Of a DNA stretch of 64,000 nucleotides, positions 51,345 to 63,100 are shown piece after piece. Under the pieces are notes generated by a model. That model had not been told where the DNA came from. It ran no database searches and saw only the letters and a list, made by a program, of their open reading frames with translations. The position numbers and the translations under genes are program-made. The number at the start of each line of letters is the position of its first letter. Position 1 is the first letter of the stretch. Origin of the DNA: Sphyrna mokarran (Eukaryota); assembly GCA_024679065.1 (NCBI GenBank), contig JAGIQG010000002.1, forward strand, positions 40,672,001 to 40,736,000, given 5' to 3'.

Positions 51345-52081
51345 AACAGCCTCCCTTCCTCTCCCTCTTTGCCCATAAAATTACATGAGAATGAATCCAG
51401 TGTGCACCATAGTGAACTCACAACCACAACATTCACTCGAATTATCTGAAAAGACGGTAAAGGTGGTATGAGAATATCTCACTTGTAGGGTGGTGAGGGA
51501 AATCATTTTTGTGAATTAAAGATTAAGGTACTTAGATTTTTCCAAGTGGAACGACTTATCGGATCAGTATTTTAAACGGGCCTTGGAAGCAAGGGGAGGT
51601 TTAATTCTACTGTTAGTAACTTTCATGGACTCTCCACAGTTTAAACACAGTAATAGCAAGATTTTTTTTGTATCTGTGTCAGTGGAAAGCTAAAAAGCCT
51701 GTAACTGACTTAATGCCCATGGGCCTTTCTCGGTTTGTTTGTGATCACCATCAAAAAAGTATTGTTGATGCGATTGCAATATAAGCTTCCTAATTACCTG
51801 GTACTCAACTTTTGGTTTGCTTTACTTGAGTCTTTGTTGTTATTTTACTTTCCACTCACAGGGGTTTATTTCATGCGTGTATAAAGTTAAAGGAAATTAT
51901 TTTCTTAGACTGTTATGAATTGCGATAATTTGTGCAACACAAATAAGTTTCTTATTTCACTCTTTTCACAGGAAAAATGCCAATCTCCAACAACTACATT
52001 AATTTGGTTCTTACAAAAAGATTTCCTGTCTAAGTGAAAGCCAGAGGAATGGTCGCCCTTATCTGCTGTTCCAGGGGTGGG

Positions 52082-52196
52082 CTGATTTTTTTATTGCCCT
52101 TTTGTACAAGTGAAGTTGTCTTTGAAAAATACTGATTTTTTTAGACTGATTTTTTATTGCCCTTTTGTGCAAGTGAAGTTGTCTTTGAAAAATACT
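52082..52196. repeat. Tandem duplication, ~51 bp unit x2
   Basis: ctgattttttattgcccttttgtRcaagtgaagttgtctttgaaaaatact at 52082 and 52146. Confidence 0.92.
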
Positions 52197-53919
52197 AAAT
52201 ACATATTCAGTGAAATACTGGAAATAAAATTAGCCACCGTATTTACATAGCAAATCAAAGTAAACGTTACATAAGCCTGTTAAAATAATCAAAGTATAAA
52301 ACCAAGAATATTTACTGTTATTGCATTCATATTAATATAAAAAGACAACATGATGCTAGCTTATTCACGATTGCCTTGTTACACGTATTTCCAGCTGTTT
52401 TCAATTGTGGATATCAAGAGTAACGAAAATAATTTGATTACCAGTGATTAGTGAACTTTAATTGGGTGTTACATGGCGTTCTCTGGGTATTTAAGACATG
52501 AAAATGAAGGAAAATCGAAAAAAAATTATCTTTTTTGAAACATCTTCTTTGTCGACTTGTGCTGTATTTATTAGTGGTAATGCCACCAGCTACTTCCGGA
52601 AATTAGAAAATTGTAAATCAGATATAATTGTTCACGTTTACCTTCCTTGCAACATTAACTGACCTATCATTAGCTCAGTAGGCTCATGTGGAAGTAGAAG
52701 TGATGTAAAAGAAGATTGTTTTTATAGGACGAGTCGCCCAGGAAATAGTTAACAAATACGCTTCAAAAACTTTTGATCTTGTTTTTACTTGAAACTTAGA
52801 GTCACAGTTGCAACATTTGAAAAGAAAGCAGAAGGACATGAATAGCGTTTTAGGTTTCGAAAACTAATTGAAGATCCATTTCCAATTCTGTTGTACTGCA
52901 ATAATCTGAGAGCGGAGTATAAAGAGAGCGTATTTTCTCAAACATGAATATATGTGTGGAATAATGCACTTAACAGGATAGTATAGGGAAAAGAGGGTTC
53001 GCTATAATGCCTTGAAGGCCCGAGGTATATTTCGTATTTGGTACAGTCCAAGCTCTGCGGACTCTCTTAGAAGATTTCTGATTTCGAATTGTTCAAGAGT
53101 TACTTGTTGACGTGCATCTAAAATCATTAACCATTCTGTAAACGTTACAGTATGATCGCACTTTGAGGGTACTAGATGAATGTGATCTCATTCGCGCATA
53201 GCATTGTTACAAAATGGGAAGTCTGAGGGAGACATTCTATCATAATATCTTACGCTTTCACGAAATTCAGAATCACTACTTTCCTTCTGCAAAACCACAT
53301 CATCATAGTGACGCACGACGAAAATTTTGAGTGCAATTTACACCTTCACTAACTTGCACAATAAAGATTATTTAATTTCATCCGCAATTATGAAAATTGT
53401 TTACTAAATGGTAAACGTTTTCTTCAACATTGTATTTGACGGTTGTGTCGAATTTACAACATTGCTGATTATTGTTGCTATTGAAATGCGTCTGCAAACT
53501 CTAACCATACTTCCCCAAGAAAGAGCACGTTCAGGAGAAATAGGAAACAAAAAGTGAATACTAAGAGCTTATGCAAAATCATTGCTTTTAATCGATCTCA
53601 CAAGAAAATTAAAGCACGACTTGCATTGTGCTTTTCCTATTTAGGACGCAAAGAACTGTATTGTTCATTTGCTAATTTGTCTACAATATTAGCGACAGTA
53701 AAACTATGCCAACATTCAGACAAAAATACTGTGTTTTCCTACAAACAAAATTTGACCATCGTAGAGGAGAAATTCTTATAAAGCCCTCTGTAGAGACGGA
53801 GTTTGGACCGACCACGATAAAATAAGGCTAGCTTAGACAATCATTGTTCACGAGTAGATAGACATCAGTAGTTAAACGGTTGATAGATTGTAGGCAATCT
53901 TATCCCTTTAAACCATCAC

Positions 53920-55814
53920 TTAAAACAATATGAACTGTTTAATACCCAGTACTCTAAAGATTAAAACTCCAATATTTTTTGGAATCTATTTTCATACACT
54001 TTGCATTACAAATTAATACTTCATCCTCAAGAATGCCATTTGGAGTCAACCTTTGCAGCGTTAAATGTGAACCTATCAACATGCTGAGATGTGAAGATGA
54101 AAACAAATGCTACACCTTTCAATTTCCCCAGCATAAATTAGATTGTATTATTACAACACATCCCTCAATGCTTCATGTTTACATATATCATAACAGAAAC
54201 AAATATAGAAGAGATTTTGCAAGAAAATTACACATATAGATCTGATTTGCCAAATGGCATTGGGCCTGGTGACATTTGATGATATTGCATAACAAGTATA
54301 TCTTCTAATCATTCTAATTGAAGTTCTAAATCATCTGAAGCTTATTCCTTATACCCTAGTGTTAATTATTTTGTGTGGTTCAAATGTTGTCAGTTGAGTG
54401 TCTGAAATTTAATTTGTATATGTTACAGCTTGAAACAGTAATATTCTTAAACTATTCTGCTCAAGATAGTTAATCTTTTAGTGGAAATAAACGCTAGCAA
54501 GTATCTGAAATCATCACTGTTTGGAAATTCAAACATCTTTATCTATTATATTCTTAAAATCATTTAAGACCACCAAGTTTACTGGCACGGGTTGAACAAA
54601 TATCAGGTTCAGTGTTGACCAAGATTCAATTCATAACAATATCAATGGGAAAACCCCTTTGTATCCCCTTTAAAAATATCAACTATATGTAATTCTTTAA
54701 ATATTAAAATTTAACAAGAGATGGCATGCCTAATTTTAAAAAGTTTGTTAATAGTAATTTGGACTGTTAAATTTAAGTAAAAACAATGAAATGAATATTT
54801 CAAGTAAAAGACATATATAGCATGTACACATTGTTTGGCTATGGTGATATAGAAGGCAGAATTTCTCAAGTTATTTGAATTCACAGGGGCAGTATATTTT
54901 TAATTTATAGCTTATATTTATGCTCCATAGTAATTTATTGGATGTTTGGCTTCTATCTAAAGATACAACACCTTTGAATTTTCTTAAGCATTTTTAAGAT
55001 CTAGAAACTTAACTGGTCAATGAAATTGAGATGTAAATATTGTTCTGTAGGCAATTCAAATACTTCATACCCACATAAGGTCTAAAATGATAAATCATTA
55101 AAACAATTTTATTTTGGGGTTGATTAATTCAGTATTTTTTGTAATGTGTACTAATGCTGCAGGAAAACATTTAACAACCATAGATGCCAACATCTATTGT
55201 CAATCGGTTTTCACAGTGAAATGGCTAAAAATAATATTTTTCTAATTTTTTCTTAAATTCCTTCTCAATTGGTGTCGTTGTGTAAAATCGCTAGCCTTTT
55301 ATATTTCATCTGTACAGCCAATATCACAATGCCTACTACTGGTAAATTAAAAGTATGTTGATATACAGATATAGTAAACTTCAATTCAATTAAACAGTTG
55401 TACAAAATATCTTCCAACGTTTACATCTTTACAATAATTTCCTGCCCAGCTTTCCTTCCTTCATTTTTCATCTTGAGTTTCATCTCCTGCAAAATCATCG
55501 AGTCATTAAATCCAACGTGGTTAGCTGTAAATATCTTCAAATCTTTGCAATACGCATTTCAGTGATGTAGATCCCTTGCTATTTTGCATTCCCAAATACT
55601 GGAAAATTGTCTTGAGGAGCAAAAGATGTTGTCAAAACTATTTGTAGTATAGCCACATATTGTTTCTCGCTTTGAACAAAAATGTACAAGTCACTACAAA
55701 ATAGTGATGTTAAGGATGCTTGCAATGCTAAGCATTCTCTATATCTATATATTATCACATGGTATGAACAGGTCTTCGAATATAGATGTTACACTGTCTA
55801 TTTGGTGAATACTG
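53920..55814 (-). other. BMI1: BMI1 3'UTR (probable extent)
   Basis: AU-rich, TE-free sequence after the stop; candidate signals AATAAA at 55108-55113 and 54934-54939, and distal ATTAAA at 53938-53943 followed by U/GU-rich sequence; the end is inferred. Confidence 0.6.
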
Positions 55815-56141
55815 TCAGCCTGATGATGCTGATGAGCCATTGACAGATGATTTGCGTGCTCTGTTGTTGCTGAATGGAATCTGATGGTTGGTACTGGCGT
55901 TGGAGGAACCATTCATGGTAGTAGATATATGAGGAAAGTGTGGATGTGGAGACTGCCCTGGAGTACAGGGACTGGGCAGTGAAGATGATGTGGATGGTGC
56001 AGCAGCTGGGCTGTTAGCCTTATCACTCCCAGAGTCACTTTCTACCTCTCCACTGGTGTTATTTAATCCATCTTGTTGATGACCAATCTTGATTCTTTTG
56101 CATGTTGGCCGGACTCGATATTTTAGAGGAAGTGGTCCATT
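55815..56141 (-). CDS. BMI1: BMI1 last coding exon, Pro/Ser-rich tail and stop
   Basis: [19 protein letters not shown]...[11 protein letters not shown]...[13 protein letters not shown]; TGA at 55817-55815; CDS total 978 nt. Confidence 0.98.
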   Translation of the reverse strand, partial: NGPLPLKYRVRPTCKRIKIGHQQDGLNNTSGEVESDSGSDKANSPAAAPSTSSSLPSPCTPGQSPHPHFPHISTTMNGSSNASTNHQIPFSNNRARKSSVNGSSASSG

Positions 56142-56228
56142 CTGAAATAAAATGCAAGATACTCTGGTAAGGATTGAAGTCTGAGATTAAATTTTACAGG
56201 ATCATTAGAACAGTCTGACTGGACTTAC

Positions 56229-56309
56229 CCTCCTCCATGCGTAAATATAGGCAATATCCATTAGAGTGTAATAATCTTTCAATGGTTCATCTTCATACAT
56301 AACATCAAT
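56229..56309 (-). CDS. BMI1: BMI1 coding exon 8, RAWUL domain
   Basis: [27 protein letters not shown]; 81 nt; tttag/gtaagt. Confidence 0.97.
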
Positions 56310-57243
56310 CTAAAGTGAAGAGAAAAGAGAGTAGAGTTTATTCAATTACAAAATATCTTCCAATGTTTACATCTTTACAATATCATTACAAAATATAACA
56401 TGCTTCTTGCAAACGTAGAGCTCATTGTAGTTTTATGTAAATAATAATGCATCACTGTAAAGAATGAAACAAGCAAAATACAAAGATATTCACATTACAA
56501 GTTATATTAATTGTTTTATTAACTCATAGTCAGCAATATAATTGATTTCCACAAAAGTAATCATGAAGACTTTGAAGCTAGGCAAGAAAATCTGTAATCT
56601 GTTTTTCAGTCATGAATGATTTGTCAGGACTGGCAAGATAAAGACAATTTGTCAGCTTACAAATAACAATCTTACAATATCTCATTGTCCCATTCTGATT
56701 TTTTTAAATTACATCTGATCCTTTGAAGTTGATAGAAACTCTTTAATAATTAGATCCTTTGCAACACAACTGATATGTTTAATTTCATATTTAAGTATAA
56801 AATGTCCTGGATGACAAAATAAATTAGCTTGGAAACATCACTACATCTTGAAGTAATTTACATTTATTAAAATAAACATAGATTTAACTATTATTTTTAA
56901 ACCCCATTTCACTATAATTTGTACTACAGAAATAGAACATGCTGCATTCAAGTTGTATGTGTATAATTGCATGTATGCACACTACAGGGGCCTTCAAACT
57001 GTCTGTATAATATTTAAATTGGCACTTTAAGATTTCAGAGCTATGTTGCAAAGGAAGAAATAATTACATTGATAAATTCTCAGTGTCCCAAATGAAATCA
57101 AAAATATTTGTAAGAAAGCAAAATCTGTCAAGATTACTTTTAGTATTAGAACATCACAGTTTTTTTCTCTGACGGAACACCATTGATTCTATATGAGGAA
57201 TCATAACTCCTCTATAATTTTAATAAAGTGTAGCACTGTGTAC

Positions 57244-57342
57244 CTGAAATGCTTGAGGAATATCCATTTTACTCCTCAGGAATTTTCTTAAATGCATCAC
57301 AGTCATGGCTGCTGGGCACCGCAAATATCTCTTGTCATTCAT
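57244..57342 (-). CDS. BMI1: BMI1 coding exon 7, RAWUL domain
   Basis: [33 protein letters not shown]; 99 nt; tctag/gtac. Confidence 0.97.
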
Positions 57343-57562
57343 CTAGAGAGAGAAAGACGATTTCAGATATAGTAGCAGTGCAATTGTTGATAAAGTAAAA
57401 ATCTCAGTACTTTAAATATCAGTAGCAGCTTCCTCTGTATAAATATATCCATCTTACATTAAAGATACTAAAGCAGCTTCCTATTTATTTTACTAATCTT
57501 TGCTTGTTTAACCCCATTTACTATTAAGTGTGCTCAACGAAACAAATACACGTAATCGTCAC

Positions 57563-57608
57563 CTCATCTTTTGTCTTCTCTTTTTCTGCAATTCCTTTTC
57601 GTTCTGTC
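57563..57608 (-). CDS. BMI1: BMI1 coding exon 6 (variable linker)
   Basis: TERKGIAEKEKTKDE; 46 nt, keeps frame; aacag/gtgacg. Confidence 0.93.
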
Positions 57609-57697
57609 CTGTTATAAAAGACATTTAGTAATAAGGCAAAATGCTAAATCGCAAATAGTTTGTGATATAGTTTTTTTTATATGATTGCTGAACTTAC

Positions 57698-57806
57698 TTA
57701 TTTTGTTCATAGAATTCTATTGATAAGCTAATGATTTCATCATCTGTTATAATTCTCTTTTCTTCTTCTGTGACTTCGCCTCTGTCTTCGTTAGAGCCAT
57801 TTGCTG
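57698..57806 (-). CDS. BMI1: BMI1 coding exon 5
   Basis: [36 protein letters not shown]; 109 nt; tgtag/gtaagt. Confidence 0.97.
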
Positions 57807-58305
57807 CTACAAAATTTTGAATGTTAGGAAACAGTGATTTCAGAATATGTTCACATAATAATGCTTCAATACAAATTAGGAAAATAAATCAACAAATATA
57901 ATATAAAGACTTGGACCACAAGATGTCAAAAGAAATGTGTGTTAGATCTGCGGCTCAATTTCACATATTAAGTTAACTTTTGTATCAACATTAAAGAATA
58001 ACAGCATAAAATTATCCTAATATGTACCAATTCAACAGAAAAATATAAAATGTAAAACAAGTGTGGGCTTATGCAGATTAACCTCATCATAACAATTACA
58101 GCAACAGCTGCATTCGAATTTTCAAACCTAAAATCCATTTACAAAGTATATTCCAAAAGGTCTATGGTACAATTAATATGCATTACCAACATAAAAAGTG
58201 AAGGAAATTTTAAATAGTATCACTTCACTATTTTGTGAAAAATAAATTAATGACAACTAAAGCTTGTCCTTTTTTCCAAAAATATTCTATTATATTCACA
58301 CTTAC

Positions 58306-58356
58306 CATCAGCAGAAGGATGAGCTGCATAGAAATCCCTTCTACGTTTCATTTCAT
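58306..58356 (-). CDS. BMI1: BMI1 coding exon 4
   Basis: DEMKRRRDFYAAHPSAD with the KRRR NLS; 51 nt; tatag/gtaagt. Confidence 0.97.
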
Positions 58357-58445
58357 CTATAAAGACAAAACCCTGTTAGTCAAGTGATTGACAAAGAGGA
58401 ATTCAATTCAAATGTAAATTTGTTTTAAAACATTGCTACACTTAC

Positions 58446-58501
58446 CTTTGAAAAGGCCAGGAACTAATTTATATACAATATCTTGTAACGTTTTGTCTGA
58501 C
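58446..58501 (-). CDS. BMI1: BMI1 coding exon 3
   Basis: SDKTLQDIVYKLVPGLFK; 56 nt; tttag/gtaagt. Confidence 0.97.
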
Positions 58502-59761
58502 CTAAAGAAAGGATTTGAATATGACAGTCATACTTTACAATACAGTAGAAAGATTTAATTCCACTTATTTATTCCACATAGCATTATCAACATGACTTTC
58601 ATTTACATTTATACTGGAATAATTTAGTAAATACTAAAAAACAGATAACTTTATTAGGGATCACAGTATTCCAAAATGCAAAATTTGATCCTGTACGTAT
58701 GCTGCCATTGTTGGATTAGAAATTGGATCTTTATAGTCTGTAAATATAGAAATTGTCATAAAGTGAACATTTTCACCAAAATAGGAATTTATAGTTAGCA
58801 TTTTTCAACTGATAATTAATTGCTAGTGTAGTTAAAGAGTAACAAGAAATACTTGACTGTTTAGTTTCCATTCAGGAATTATGTTAATTGTAAATTGAGG
58901 TGGAACTTATAGTATTTCTAGAGCAGATCAGGAAATTAGATACATTTTCCTATTGCTTTTGCAATATTTTCTAGCATGTATCCAACATAATGTTCTTTCA
59001 ATACAGTAATAGTGGAACTAAATTTAGTAATTCAAATTTGCTTTGTTTTTGTTTCAACTTTGTAAGAACTGGCAGAATGTGGGGGCACTGTTGCATGCTT
59101 AATTTGAACAGTAATTGGATAATTTCTCAAAGTATTTCAAATTTGTAAACCTGGTTGATTTTGCAACTTAACAATACTTGCAGTAATTTCAGTCAGTTAA
59201 CAATCAAACATTAGCTTAACCATCAGTTAACATAACAAAAAGGCTTAAATTTCCCATTTCAATTCACTCAGCAGAAACATTCATTTAGTGGAAGTGACTA
59301 TAAAATATTTTTAGAATAGCACTGAATATCACCAGCATGATCTCAATGCTTGGAGTTCCTGTCATTAACACTTTCCAAATGCCAATTCAGAATTGAAAAC
59401 ATGGCAACACCAGATTTTTCATTCAATCATTGCAAACTACTTTCAAATGAGATGCTTGATATCAATAAAATGACAATTTTCTTAGATTCCAGTTTACAAA
59501 ATATCCATAGTAAATGGGTAAGATGACAATGTAGTTAATAAAGCACATTCAAAATAGATCGTTTGATTTAAAATATATTAGGTGACTTTGTCTCACTAAC
59601 CAAGTACACAATGATGAGTATATCATATGTTTAGTTTAAGAATTGTATTTGTGTCAAACAAACATGTCTACTCCATATAGTTGTTCAGTCACACTTCTCA
59701 AAGACGCACATCCAATGGTGCAATCAAATATTAAGATCACCATAAGTACACGGATACATAC

Positions 59762-59858
59762 CTAATGTTAAGAAGGGGCCTAGTTTTGTGAACTTGCACG
59801 TCGCAAATAGGACAGTATTTGCTCGTTTCCAAGTAACGGACGATGCAGGTCTTACAAA
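59762..59858 (-). CDS. BMI1: BMI1 coding exon 2, RING finger C-half
   Basis: (F)[31 protein letters not shown](R); 97 nt; cacag/gtatgt boundaries; frame continuous. Confidence 0.98.
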
Positions 59859-60018
59859 CTGTGAATAAAAGCAGGAATGGCGTGCGGTTATAAATAAGTC
59901 AGTTGTAATGATTGTTTTACGTTGACGAAATCACTTTTGCTGATATATGTTAGAATGTTTTCTTTAATTCTAACATAAACGAGTAGCCTGCTGGTCTGCA
60001 GCATGCCAACGTACTTAC

Positions 60019-60130
60019 ATGAATGTAAACACTCAATGATGGTTGTTGCATCTATGAAGTATCCTCCACACAACACACACATCAAATGAGGATTCAGTTC
60101 TGTTATTTTGATCCGTGTTGTTCGGTGCAT
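60019..60130 (-). CDS. BMI1: BMI1 (PCGF4) first coding exon, RING finger N-half
   Basis: ATG at 60130 encodes [37 protein letters not shown]; 112 nt; donor gtaagt at 60018; acceptor ttcag upstream at 60161-60162. Confidence 0.98.
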
Positions 60131-63100
60131 TTTCTGACTAAAATGGCCGCGTTCTGGAAGCTGAACAGAAACATAGCCCACGTTAAAAGGAATAGTTTTT
60201 CCTACTATGGAATTCCATTCTATATCAAGTTCACTGGTTTGGCTTAACGTAATTGGTCCACGTTACAAATCGGATGCAATCATTAAGCGAGAAAAAAACG
60301 TAGAATGCAAAATGGCAAGATATAAAAATGGATACATTATTTCCTAAAGCTACAATGATCAAATTATAATTTACGAACCAATTTCTAGACAAAATGTTCG
60401 CAATATACCGGGTAATCAATGTTTTGACGTTTCTCTTTCCTGAGTTGACTTCATCTCAATTGGCAAGGTCGTAAAACAAAGCAGTTTTGTAAAAACAATT
60501 GATAGCCCCAAAGCTAAGAATCGTTTTTACTGAAGTACTGACAAGCTGACATTACCGGAGCTTTCCATGAGTTGTAAAATCCATATTGTTTGTGCCAGAT
60601 CACACCCAATGAAAGCAAAGCCATTGAAAAACACACTGAATATTTTCGTAGTCAGACAGATTTTAAGATGATCATATACACATCACCTTTCCCCTGACCT
60701 TCTCGGTGATAATGACAAAAACATAGACCATAAACATGCAGGTTTATGACAATGAATTTTGAACACCGCTCCTGCTCGTTTTGTTGGCTTTGTTTCCTTC
60801 ATGTTTTAAGCATAACAAAACCGCCTTTTCTACACTTTACTCTCGGATACAAACCGGCTGCACCAAAACACATTTCTTTCCGCGAAACCCGCATGCCTTT
60901 GGGCTCATATTTGTGCCGTTTCACGGCACGTCGGAATCGATGAAAATTTGCGGAAAAAAAAGGACAAAGCGACTATCTATTTAGCAGAACACTGTTGTAT
61001 TACAAGGGTAATCGCATCTGGATTTGCAATCACACGTTTTATGCTTGACATGAAACCGACGATTCTTTAGCCCCGCGTAAAGCGAAACAGGAAGAATTGT
61101 ATTCTACAAAGCCATTTCCGGCAATTACATGTTCGTTGGAAATATTTTAATGAACATCGGGGTGCTGCATAGTAATGCGATGCAGATCCCAAAGCTTGAG
61201 CCGTTACAAATTTAAATAAATAAAATAATGTTCGTGTCCTACACGAGGACCGTTCTTAATGATCGAAAAGGCAAATTGACGTCTGCTGGTGCCCATACTC
61301 GGCAATTCTTACAGTTACTATAGCAACTTGGGTTACACTTGGCATTTCGCCAGAGGACCGAAAATAGAGCGAGCTTCTGCGGGAAGACCCACGGCGCTCA
61401 TGTGGAAATATCGCAAATGTATAAACCTTCAATCTGCAATCACGACCGGAGGAAGATCGGAATAATCTAAACATGCAAATCTCACCGCCATTTCAAATGA
61501 GCCCTAACACAGCGCACATCATCGTTTTTTTGGCTCTCCTTGAGATAGACTCCACGTCGACACTAGCTGTAAGTAGTGGCTTTTGTGATCATACGATTTT
61601 CTTCTGCAAACGCCTGTCTCCTTCTCGGGGCGATTAAGAGGTGGCTGCGGCTCCACAGCAGAGGATCACTTTGATAGTGCACGCCTATTGATTAATAATT
61701 AATTAATAAGTAATCAGGAACAGGAATTAATAAAGATCCAATGTTTCACTAAACTTTTGTGGTTTGTGGTCCATTTAAACACGTGAAAAAGAAAATACTT
61801 TGTTTTACTCCAGAAACCAGCAACAAAACTGACAACATGCAAATAACTGTGACGCACAGAATTCAGAAGACGCACAGAAACCGGAGCAAATAAATACCAG
61901 ACACTAGCGGCCAAGTGAAAAAAAGTCACTGATGCTAGCACTTATTTACAATACCTACACCGGTTTGCATGCTATCAAAACAAAGATATTTATTAAGGTT
62001 CGTGTACGTTTGCTTTAAAGAAAGCATTTTTTACCCACAGCGCCGACGCGCGACGTTCCGAAGTAATCAAACTACATCAGGTCAGAAGCAATCAACATTT
62101 CTGTAGTTTCTTATATTTCAGTTGGCGTTAAGACACACACAAACGATATGTAGACCTCAATGAAGTTTCAGCCTTCACCCCTTCAGCAGTCTGACACAAC
62201 CAATAGAACTCACAGAAGTTCCCCGTTTATTTACCCGTTTTACACGGCTTGTCTTGCCGCCCTAACTCGATGCCCAGAAACACTCAAACCCACCTCCTCC
62301 CCTCTTTTCTCATTGAGTTGGAGGTCGCAGAGATCGCGACACATTCAGCAATTTGGAGTTCACACGCCAGCTTTTAGGCGGCTCTCGTTGTGGGGAATAC
62401 CCTAGACTCGTTCCGCGGGGGAAAATAGAGAGGGAAAAAATAATTAAAAAACAAACCACGTGTTCCCAAATGCTCCGCTCTCCCCGTCAGGCCCTTCTGA
62501 TCAGAATGAGATTAACAACACGGGTGAGGATTTACTAATCAATAGATTAAACACTCCATCTGTGAAACCTTCATGACGGACAGACAACTCGACCTTGGTA
62601 CACGCAACCATGTAAACACACGTGTTTTATTTCACAGACCCATGGGCTTCCGTTTATGCTGGTAATTCATGTCAGCTGTGGAACCTGATGTCTCCTTGAG
62701 TATTTTTTAAACCTCGATGCGGGATGAACAATTAACTTTCATAACATCGTACTCAACCGTTCCCAAAGCAACAAAGAAATAAGTAAGGATGAAGTACAAC
62801 AAAACAACGTAGACCAACTGACACATGGATCTTCACGACATTGTACAAGAGAAAACACACCTGAAAAATGCATAAAATGTCCTAGGACAGCCAGTAGCAA
62901 TTCTGAGAAAAGCATGATCTACTATAATATTTCAACTGTAGTGTTCAGCATGTATAATTGCAAAATAACCATAACCAGAGCCAGTCAAAACATTGCCACT
63001 ATGATATAAACACACACACATATAAACAAGATTTCTGAAAGCTACATTAAAGCTATTCAACAGCTCAGAATATAAATATTAGCTTATTAACTAAAACCAA

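Noticed and set aside
52082-52196. Repeat-spacer (CRISPR-like) pattern
   Set aside because: Only two units, eukaryotic context; simple tandem duplication
59888-60181. 97-aa ORF starting MGYVSVQL as the BMI1 N-terminus
   Set aside because: The start lies upstream of the acceptor at 60161 and the ORF reads through the donor at 60018; the conserved start is MHRTT
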